34,368 nt of DNA, taken from NCBI GenBank assembly GCA_003056145.1, contig LSNL01000002.1, positions 1 through 34,368 of the forward strand. Reading direction: 5' to 3'. Source of the stretch: Parcubacteria group bacterium M10-OD1-1. Lineage in GTDB: Bacteria; Patescibacteriota; Minisyncoccia; Moranbacterales; UBA2206. A program made the translations under genes and the position numbers. The stretch's first letter is position 1; the number at the start of each line of letters is the position of its first letter. This document shows positions 27,012-34,368 of this stretch, one piece after another. The notes under the pieces are model-generated. The model made no database searches and had not been told where the DNA came from. It saw nothing but the letters and a program-made list of their open reading frames with translations.

Positions 27012-28013
27012 ATGAAAAATCAAGTTTTATGCTTAGGATCAGCTGGTAAGGATATTTTTTTTCCTACAACTGAAGGTCAAGTAGTAGAAACGCCAGATGA
27101 TTTAATGTCTCAAAAAAAATTTATTTTTGAATTAGGAGCTAAATATAAAATTCAAGAAAGGTATGAAGCCTTAGGTGGCTCAGCCGCAAATGTAGCAGTA
27201 GGACTAGTAAAATTAGGTATTTCTGTTGCTTGTGCTTCAGTGATTGGGGATGATTTAATCAGTATTTGGATTAGAGAAGAATTAAGAAAGAATAAAGTAG
27301 ATCTGAGTTTAATAAAAGTTCAAGAGAAAGCTAAAAGTGATTTATCGGCTATTATTGTAGATTATAGAAGCGCTGATAGAACTATTTTTTCTAACCGGGG
27401 TCTAAATGGAAAATTGGAGTTAGAGGCGGAAAATTTTCGCGAGGTAGAATGGATTTTTCTAGGCGATATTAGTGGAAAATGGGAAGACCAATTAGAAGAT
27501 ATTATTCAATTAGCCAAGGAAGAAAATAAAAAAATAGCTTTTAATCCCAGGGGAGTGCATATTCAAGAAGATCCGGTAGAAATTATTAAGGCTGTTTCAC
27601 TGTGTGAAATATTATTTGTTAATAAAGATGAAGCGATGGCAATTATTTCTCAAGTAGATAAAAATATTTCTGCTCAAAATTTAAATCAGGAAGAATTTCT
27701 GTTGAAAAAGTTTCAAGAATTAGAAGTAGAAGTGGTAGTCATTACTGATGGGAAAAGAGGAGCTTGGGCAATGAATAAAAACGGAATAGTCTCGGCTAAT
27801 GGATTAGGAGTATCAGCGGTTGATTCTACTGGAGCAGGAGACTCTTTTGCTAGTGGATTTTTAGCTGCTTATATCAAAAGTAAGGATATTTCTGAATGTC
27901 TTCAATGGGGAATTGCTAATAGTAGTAATGAAGTTCAATTTTATGGTTCTATTGATGGACTTTTGGGTGAAGAAGAAATGGAAAAAAAATCAAAAGATGT
28001 AATATTACAATAA
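27012..28013 (+). CDS. PfkB/ribokinase-family carbohydrate kinase
   Basis: GGSAANVA, NKDEA, TDGKRG, DSTGAGDSFASGF. Confidence 0.92.
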   Translation: MKNQVLCLGSAGKDIFFPTTEGQVVETPDDLMSQKKFIFELGAKYKIQERYEALGGSAANVAVGLVKLGISVACASVIGDDLISIWIREELRKNKVDLSLIKVQEKAKSDLSAIIVDYRSADRTIFSNRGLNGKLELEAENFREVEWIFLGDISGKWEDQLEDIIQLAKEENKKIAFNPRGVHIQEDPVEIIKAVSLCEILFVNKDEAMAIISQVDKNISAQNLNQEEFLLKKFQELEVEVVVITDGKRGAWAMNKNGIVSANGLGVSAVDSTGAGDSFASGFLAAYIKSKDISECLQWGIANSSNEVQFYGSIDGLLGEEEMEKKSKDVILQ

Positions 28014-28037
28014 AATAATTTAATAAATATATTTTTT

Positions 28038-30110
28038 ATGAAATTAGAAAAACTTTTTAATCCTCAATCAATTGCGATTGTCGGTGCTTCAGCCGAACAA
28101 GGAAAAGTGGGAAATGCGATTACAAAAAATATCTTAAATTTAGGTTATGCTGGGGAAGTATTTCTAGTAAATCCGAAACACGATGAAGTCTTGGAAAAAA
28201 AATGTTACCATAGTCTTTCTGATATAGAATCAGAGGTTGATTTAGCCGTAGTTGCTATTCCAGCTAAATTTGTTTTGGGCGAAATTGAAAAAAATGCAGA
28301 TAGGATAAAAAATTATGTAATTATTTCCGCAGGTTTTTCTGAAACTGGAAAAGAAGGAAAGGAATTTGAGGAAAAGCTGTTAACATTAGCGCAGAAAAAA
28401 AATCTTAATATTTTAGGTCCGAATTGTTTGGGTTTCATTGTCCCTGCGAATAAATTAAATAACTCTTTTGCAGGCGGAATGCCTCATACTGGAAATATAT
28501 CTTTTATTACTCAGTCGGGAGCGTTAGCGGTGGCAATTATGGACATTGCTAAAAAAGAGGGGATTGCTTTCTCTAATATAATTTCAGTTGGTAACAAAAT
28601 GCAAATTGGAGAATCAGAACTTTTAGAGTTTATGGAGAATGATGATAAAACGGAATTTATTTTTATGTATTTAGAAGGTATTAAAGATGGTTTAAAATTT
28701 GAAAGAATAGCCAAGAGAGTGGCTAGAAAAAAACCAGTAATTATTCTTAAAGCTGGACGAAATGAGAGAACTCAAAAGGCTATTTCTTCGCATACCGGGG
28801 CTTTAGCTGGGAATGATGAAATTATTTCTGCTGTTTTTAACAATACGGGGATTGTTAGAGTCGCTAGCTTAGAAGAACTTTTTGATTTATTTAAGATAGT
28901 CAAGATGAAAAAGAAAATCACAAATGAAAACACAGTGGTTCTTACTAACGCTGGAGGTGTGGGTGTTTTGAGTGCTGATGCGTTTGGTGGAAAAAATATC
29001 AAGCTAGCAGAATTGAAAGATGAGATAAAAGAAAAAATAAAAGAAAATCTACCCAAGGAAGCTTCAGTGGAAAATCCGATAGATTTATTGGGAGACGCTC
29101 AAGAGGATAGATATGAAAAAACGTTGGAAATTATTTCTAATCTCAAAAATATTGGTTCAGTTATCTGCATTTTAACGCCACAAGATCAGACTCCTGTGGA
29201 AAAAATTGCTGACAAACTTATTGAATTTAAAAACAAGACGGGAAAGCTTGTGGTAGCGGTGTTTTTGGGTGGAGAGCGAGTGGAAAGCGCGATTGCTAAG
29301 ATGAGAGAGAATAATATTAGTAATTTTCAGTTCCCAGAAAAAGCTATTTTTGCTATGGATAAATATTTTAAATGGAATTTGTATGCTTCTTCAATAAATA
29401 AAAATTTCGAATATAAAATTAATGAAAGACGAAAAAAAGAAGCGGAGGCTATAATTGAAAAAGCTAAAAAAGAGAAAAGAAAAGCGCTCTATTTTTCTGA
29501 GGCAAGGGAGATTATGGAAATGTACGGAGTAAATACCGTGCCAATCATCAATATTTACCCAGGTAAAAAAGTTAATAGTAGTTTGACTCCTTTCAGATAC
29601 CCAGTCGTTTTGAAAGTGGATGACGATAAAGTTTTACACAAGACTGATCGACAAGGAGTAGTTTTGAATATTAAGGATGAAAAACAATTGGAAAAATCAA
29701 TTTCGCAGATGCAAAGAGATTTTCCTAATAGTAGATTAATTGTTGAATCTATGGTTTCTAAGGGAATGGAACTTATTATTGGAATTAAACGAGATGAGGT
29801 TTTTGGTCCTGTCATTATATATGGTCTGGGTGGAATTTATACGGAATTTTTAAAACTAGTAGATTATTTAATTCTTCCACTGGAGGCTTCCCAAATTCAA
29901 GAGTCTTTATTGAAAGGAAAATTAGGATTTTTGTTTAATGGAGCACGCGGACAAAATCCATATGATGTAAAAGATCTTTCTGAATTATTCTTCGGTGTCA
30001 GTTCCTTGGCACTAGAAGTTTCTCAGATAAGAGAATTTGATATCAATCCAGTGATTACTTACAATAACGGGAAAAAATCTCTGGCTGTGGATGTGAAAAT
30101 CATTCTTTGA
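28038..30110 (+). CDS. ADP-forming acetate--CoA ligase (fused alpha/beta, AcdAB-type)
   Basis: SIAIVGAS, LGPNCLG, QSGAL, phospho-His SHTGALA, NPIDLLGD; C-terminal ATP-grasp HKTD..GV, DINP. Confidence 0.93.
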   Translation: MKLEKLFNPQSIAIVGASAEQGKVGNAITKNILNLGYAGEVFLVNPKHDEVLEKKCYHSLSDIESEVDLAVVAIPAKFVLGEIEKNADRIKNYVIISAGFSETGKEGKEFEEKLLTLAQKKNLNILGPNCLGFIVPANKLNNSFAGGMPHTGNISFITQSGALAVAIMDIAKKEGIAFSNIISVGNKMQIGESELLEFMENDDKTEFIFMYLEGIKDGLKFERIAKRVARKKPVIILKAGRNERTQKAISSHTGALAGNDEIISAVFNNTGIVRVASLEELFDLFKIVKMKKKITNENTVVLTNAGGVGVLSADAFGGKNIKLAELKDEIKEKIKENLPKEASVENPIDLLGDAQEDRYEKTLEIISNLKNIGSVICILTPQDQTPVEKIADKLIEFKNKTGKLVVAVFLGGERVESAIAKMRENNISNFQFPEKAIFAMDKYFKWNLYASSINKNFEYKINERRKKEAEAIIEKAKKEKRKALYFSEAREIMEMYGVNTVPIINIYPGKKVNSSLTPFRYPVVLKVDDDKVLHKTDRQGVVLNIKDEKQLEKSISQMQRDFPNSRLIVESMVSKGMELIIGIKRDEVFGPVIIYGLGGIYTEFLKLVDYLILPLEASQIQESLLKGKLGFLFNGARGQNPYDVKDLSELFFGVSSLALEVSQIREFDINPVITYNNGKKSLAVDVKIIL

Positions 30111-30125
30111 TAAGAACAGAAAAAC

Positions 30126-30154
30126 TTGACTGAATGGGTTTGTTGTTATAAACT
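30126..30154 (+). promoter_or_regulatory. sigma70-like promoter for the 30258 gene
   Basis: TTGACT-17bp-TAAACT; SD AGAGGAG upstream of ATG 30258. Confidence 0.55.
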
Positions 30155-30257
30155 AAAAAGAATGCAATCTTGAACTTTTTTAGTTGATTTTGCTTCAAAA
30201 ATGTTCTTGGAAAAATATTTGTGAAGGGGGAAGAGGCAAAAAAGAGGAGATAGTCCT

Positions 30258-30449
30258 ATGAAAAAAATCATACAAAAGCTAAAGATACCATTGGATGTAG
30301 TTTCCTTCGGTTTTATTTTAGCCGGAGGATTTTGTTCGGACTGGTTTGAATGGAAAATTGCTTGTAGTTTTTCCTTTATTGGTTTAGTTTTAATTATTAT
30401 TGAAGTACGAACTAATCGCCGTCCTTCCCCTTATGCGAACAGGAAATAA
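30258..30449 (+). CDS. Small membrane protein (63 aa, two hydrophobic segments)
   Basis: Good SD, own promoter-like site, basic N- and C-termini, 14-bp inverted repeat over the stop codon. Confidence 0.65.
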   Translation: MKKIIQKLKIPLDVVSFGFILAGGFCSDWFEWKIACSFSFIGLVLIIIEVRTNRRPSPYANRK

Positions 30450-30597
30450 TATTTCCTGTTCGCCCCCCCCTCAAAGATATTTTCTTGCAATTTATTTTTT
30501 AAAAAAACTAATTTAGAATATAGTTTCTAACTTTTTTTGGATAGAATAGTGGTTGAATAAGTGACAATCTGTGTGTGGTTTGATTGAGTGTGATAAT

Positions 30598-30626
30598 TTG
30601 ACAATCAGACTCCGATATGTTATAAA
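30598..30626 (+). promoter_or_regulatory. sigma70-like promoter for the GT2-GH18 pair
   Basis: TTGACA-17bp-TATAAA with extended -10 TG; TGACAATC occurs twice (about 30562 and 30599). Confidence 0.6.
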
Positions 30627-30659
30627 TAACAATTAACTTTATATGATCGTTAAATACTA

Positions 30660-32960
30660 ATGGATAATAAAACTGCAGGTAAGAAAAAGTATAAGCAGAT
30701 TTCTCGTGAAAAGCAATGGGGAACTGAATATCAAACATTACCACTATCCAATCTTCATAGCCAACCTTCAAGTTTTGCTATTGCTTTTAGTCGCCTCTCT
30801 GTAGTACTGACGATATTTTTTTGGGCGATGTATGTTGTTTCGGTTATCGTCCGCCAACTTTTTGATGGTCCGCAAAGCTATCAATTTACCATGGAAAGTT
30901 TTGGTTATCTAATTATTGTGACTTTTTTAACTTTCTCGGCATTAGTTTATTTAATTGCTCGGCAAGGTGCGTTTCAACGATTTAGTAGCCATATTCGTGT
31001 TCCGAGAGCTACGCTTGATAAATATTTTTTTACGCATCAGCCATCAATTACAGTTTTAATTCCTTCTTATAGCGAAGAGACTCAAGTTATCCGAAAAACA
31101 ATGTTATCTGTGGCATTGCAGGAGTATCCTAATATCAAAGTTGTTCTTTTAATTGATGATGATGCTTCAAAGATTTGTTCTGAGGATATGCTTCGGTTGG
31201 AAGCGACACGGGCTCTTGCTAGTGAAATTGAAACACTTTTAGCAATACCATACAAACGCTTTAAGAAAATATTGAAACGGTTTGAAGAGGCTAATCGGAA
31301 AAATAATATAATAATTAGTAAGGCCGTTGAAGAAATAGCTGCACAATATATTTGGGCAGCAAAGTGGCTAAATACATTAGCAGATAAAGAAGTAATTGAG
31401 GATCATGTAGATATATTTTTTGCTAATCAAGTATTGCGTGAACTTGCTGAAGATTTAAAACTTGTTGGAGAGGCATTAGTAGTTTCGCATAAAGAAGATG
31501 CACAAATTCCAGTTGATCGTCTAATGCAATTATATCGTAGGCTGGTACTAATATTTGGAGCGAACCTAGAGGTCTTTGAACGAAAAAAATATGCATCTTT
31601 ATCACATGAACTGAATAAGGCAATGAACATCAATTCATATATCGGATTGATGGGGGGTATGTATCAGCAGGAGCAAACACCAGATGGAATTGTTTTAGTA
31701 CCGACCATGAATCAATCCAATGCTGATATAATTATTAATGATAGTGAATTTATATTAACACTGGATGCTGACTCTATTTTGTTAAGAGAATACTGTTTGC
31801 GATTAGTCTATTTTTTACAGCAACCTGATAATGCAGATGTGGCTATTGCGCAGACTCCGTATTCTTCTTTTCGCGGAGCTCCTACGCGTGTCGAGCGTTT
31901 ATCTGGCGCTACAACAGATATTCAACATATTATTCATCAGGGGATGAGCTATTATGGTGCAACTTTTTGGGTAGGGGCTAATGCAATAATAAGAAAATGT
32001 GCTCTTGAAGATATAGTTGAAAAAAAATGGGTAGGTGGATTTGAAATTAAAAGATATGTGCAAGATCATACGGTCATAGAAGATACTGAATCAAGTATTG
32101 ATTTGGCGATTCATGATTGGAAATTAGTTAATTATCCGGAGCGTTTGAGTTATAGTGCAACACCGCCTGACTTCGGTTCTTTAGTGATACAGCGTCGTCG
32201 GTGGGCTAATGGAGGACTTCTCATACTTCCGAAGCTATGGACATTGATTCGTAAACGCAAAAATAAAGGTAATCCTATATCAAAAACCGAATTCATAATC
32301 AGACTGAACTATATGACCTCTATTGCTTGGTCAAATATTGGTTTGATATTTCTTTTAATTTATCCCTATGATGGAAGATTATTAAGTCCGTTGATACTTC
32401 TTGCGGCGGTACCTTATTTTTTAGCTATGGCTATTGATTTAAGATATTGCCGTTATAAATATAGTGATATTATTCGTATCTATGGTTTCAATTTAATATT
32501 ACTTCCAGTGAATATTGCAGGAACGCTTAAGTCGCTTGAACAGGCATTGACCACTAAGAAGACACCGTTCGCTAGAACTCCTAAAGTTAAAAATCGAACA
32601 TCCGCAGCGTTGCCGTATGTGCTTTCACCTTTACTTATTGTTGGTTTTTCTTTATTCACATTAGGGCGTAATATTCAAGGAGAAGATTGGGGGAATGCAG
32701 CGTTTGCTGGTTTTAATGCTTTTACATCTATCTGGGCTATTTTTTCATACATTGGAATTAAAAACTTATTTATTGATATTTGGATCGGATTGATAGATTT
32801 ACTTTATGTTGATACTCCTCCTAATAATATAAGCCAAAAATCAAATAAAAATGAATCAGAATTAAATTGGAAAAGTGTGTTGTATCATGGAGAATCAAAT
32901 GGGATAGTTCCTCATGAAGCTACAAAAGAGGTGATAATAAATAAAAAACGAACCACATAA
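30660..32960 (+). CDS. Processive GT2 glycosyltransferase (cellulose/chitin synthase-like membrane polysaccharide synthase)
   Basis: Two N-terminal TMs; PSYSE, LIDD, KAMNIN, LDAD, QTP, IEDT, QRRRW; several C-terminal TMs. Confidence 0.92.
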   Translation: MDNKTAGKKKYKQISREKQWGTEYQTLPLSNLHSQPSSFAIAFSRLSVVLTIFFWAMYVVSVIVRQLFDGPQSYQFTMESFGYLIIVTFLTFSALVYLIARQGAFQRFSSHIRVPRATLDKYFFTHQPSITVLIPSYSEETQVIRKTMLSVALQEYPNIKVVLLIDDDASKICSEDMLRLEATRALASEIETLLAIPYKRFKKILKRFEEANRKNNIIISKAVEEIAAQYIWAAKWLNTLADKEVIEDHVDIFFANQVLRELAEDLKLVGEALVVSHKEDAQIPVDRLMQLYRRLVLIFGANLEVFERKKYASLSHELNKAMNINSYIGLMGGMYQQEQTPDGIVLVPTMNQSNADIIINDSEFILTLDADSILLREYCLRLVYFLQQPDNADVAIAQTPYSSFRGAPTRVERLSGATTDIQHIIHQGMSYYGATFWVGANAIIRKCALEDIVEKKWVGGFEIKRYVQDHTVIEDTESSIDLAIHDWKLVNYPERLSYSATPPDFGSLVIQRRRWANGGLLILPKLWTLIRKRKNKGNPISKTEFIIRLNYMTSIAWSNIGLIFLLIYPYDGRLLSPLILLAAVPYFLAMAIDLRYCRYKYSDIIRIYGFNLILLPVNIAGTLKSLEQALTTKKTPFARTPKVKNRTSAALPYVLSPLLIVGFSLFTLGRNIQGEDWGNAAFAGFNAFTSIWAIFSYIGIKNLFIDIWIGLIDLLYVDTPPNNISQKSNKNESELNWKSVLYHGESNGIVPHEATKEVIINKKRTT

Positions 32961-32967
32961 ATATAAT

Positions 32968-34368
32968 ATGAAAGAAGCTAATACTCAAACAAAATTTATT
33001 CCTAAAAGAAGATTATCTCTTTGGCGGGTTTTATTTGCTATTTTAATGCTGATTGGACTTGCCTATGGCACGACTCTCAGTTGGGATAGATGGCAACAAC
33101 AAAAAGAGGAGGCTAAGACATCTTCATCCAAGCCATGGTTTGCCGCGTATACGGATGTTACATCCACGCCGACATATAATTTTGAGCAACTAGGATCTAC
33201 TGCGACACCCGAGGTCATACTTTCTTTTATTGTTTCTTCTACATCTGACCCTTGTGTGCCTACATGGGGAACTCACGACACACTGGATCAAGCAGCAAAA
33301 AAGCTTGATCTTGATCGTCGGATTGCCAGGCTTGAGCAACAGGGAGGAAAAATAGCCGTGTCTTTTGGAGGCGCTTTGAATTCAGAACTATCTCTTAAAT
33401 GCACAGATTTTAACAAGCTGTTTAATGCCTATAACTCTGTTATAGAACGCTATGGCATAGATACTATAGACTTAGATCTTGAGAGTAAAAATTTAAGTGA
33501 TATTAAAGCAGTCAAGCGTCGTGCGGATGTTATTGCACAAGTACAGGAGCATTATCGTATTAAGGGTAAAAGTCTCGCCGTTTGGTTGACTCTACCAGTG
33601 TCCCCTCAGGGATTGACGCAAGAAGGTACAAATGCAGTAGCTCAAATGTTATCAAGCGGAGTTGATTTAGCCGGAGTGAATGTAATGACGATGGATTATG
33701 GCGCAAGTCTTCAAGGAGAGACAATGCTTGATGCATCTAAACAGGCGTTAATTGAAACTCATCGTCAATTAGGGATACTTTATCAACAAGCGGGGATTAA
33801 TTTAAATAGTAATTCGTTATGGAAGAAAATTGGAGCCACGCCGATGATTGGTCAAAATGATTTTTCAGATGAGATATTTACATTGAAGGATGCTAAGGCA
33901 TTTAATTCTTTCTCTTTGAGCCATAGTATTGGACGAATGTCTATGTGGTCAGCTAATCGGGATATTCCTTGTGGTGAAAATTATGTTAATATGAAAGTTG
34001 TTTCCGATTCGTGCAGTGGTGTAAAAACTCCTGCGTTTGGATTTGCTAAAGCCTTGAGTAATGGATTTAAGGGCAATCTTACTCAAAGTGCTGGTATTTT
34101 AACTATAGCAGATCCCAAAAGTAATTCTCCTATAATTGATGATCCAAAGAAAAGTCCATATCAAATTTGGCAAAGTACGGGAGCTTATCCGAAAGAGGTA
34201 AAGGTTGTTTGGCATGGGAATGTGTATGAGGCAAAATGGTGGACAAAAAATGATTTACCTGATAATCCAGTCTTACAAGCTTGGCAGACACCTTGGCAGT
34301 TAATTGGGCCGGTCTTACCTGGCGAAAAACCTATTAAGCAACCAACACTGCCAAAAGGAACATATTCA
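32968..34368 (+). CDS. GH18 chitinase-like glycoside hydrolase with N-terminal TM anchor and C-terminal CBM5/12-like module (3'-partial, absent from the ORF track)
   Basis: Manual translation from ATG 32968, open to the window end: SFGGA, IDTIDLDLE (DxxDxDxE), MTMDYG, TPMIGQND, SMWSANRD, WHGNVYEAKWWT. Confidence 0.9.
   Translation, partial: MKEANTQTKFIPKRRLSLWRVLFAILMLIGLAYGTTLSWDRWQQQKEEAKTSSSKPWFAAYTDVTSTPTYNFEQLGSTATPEVILSFIVSSTSDPCVPTWGTHDTLDQAAKKLDLDRRIARLEQQGGKIAVSFGGALNSELSLKCTDFNKLFNAYNSVIERYGIDTIDLDLESKNLSDIKAVKRRADVIAQVQEHYRIKGKSLAVWLTLPVSPQGLTQEGTNAVAQMLSSGVDLAGVNVMTMDYGASLQGETMLDASKQALIETHRQLGILYQQAGINLNSNSLWKKIGATPMIGQNDFSDEIFTLKDAKAFNSFSLSHSIGRMSMWSANRDIPCGENYVNMKVVSDSCSGVKTPAFGFAKALSNGFKGNLTQSAGILTIADPKSNSPIIDDPKKSPYQIWQSTGAYPKEVKVVWHGNVYEAKWWTKNDLPDNPVLQAWQTPWQLIGPVLPGEKPIKQPTLPKGTYS

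Noticed and set aside
9515-30110. Alternative genetic code (UGA recoded)
   Set aside because: Long ORFs are intact under code 11, with no in-frame UGA interrupting conserved genes
9025-31633. Short minus-strand ORFs inside the kinase, scpA, mraY, pgk, eno, acd and GT2, plus 30508-30771
   Set aside because: Mostly Ser/Ile/Phe-rich antisense frames of well-supported genes; 30508-30771 also overlaps the GT2 start and promoter

Overview
AT-rich bacterial chromosome segment. Gene content and style suggest a Patescibacteria/CPR (Parcubacteria-like) genome; this is an inference from the TrmB-type regulator, archaeal-type AspRS, truncated PGK, ADP-forming acetate-CoA ligase and SD-less core genes. 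The core backbone contains a 7TM histidine kinase, ispH, a dual-receiver regulator, aspS, an MFS transporter, scpAB, a dac-type carboxypeptidase, mraY, and a lower-glycolysis/acetate cluster (pgk-eno-gpmI-pfkB-acd). Six self-contained units of one or two genes are scattered through it: a receiver-like protein, a high-GC dapB, an acyl-ACP-reductase-like protein, a 109-aa ORF, pyrE-pyrF and a 63-aa membrane protein. Unlike the core genes, each has a sigma70-like promoter, a strong Shine-Dalgarno and a 3' hairpin or terminator. Other notable items are a 125-bp duplication of the trmB promoter and 5' end, a membrane-anchored serpin, an unannotated AbrB-like gene with a tandem palindromic operator, and a QRRRW GT2 synthase paired with a membrane-anchored GH18/CBM chitinase-like gene that runs off the window end. 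No rRNA, tRNA, CRISPR array or transposase was recognised.
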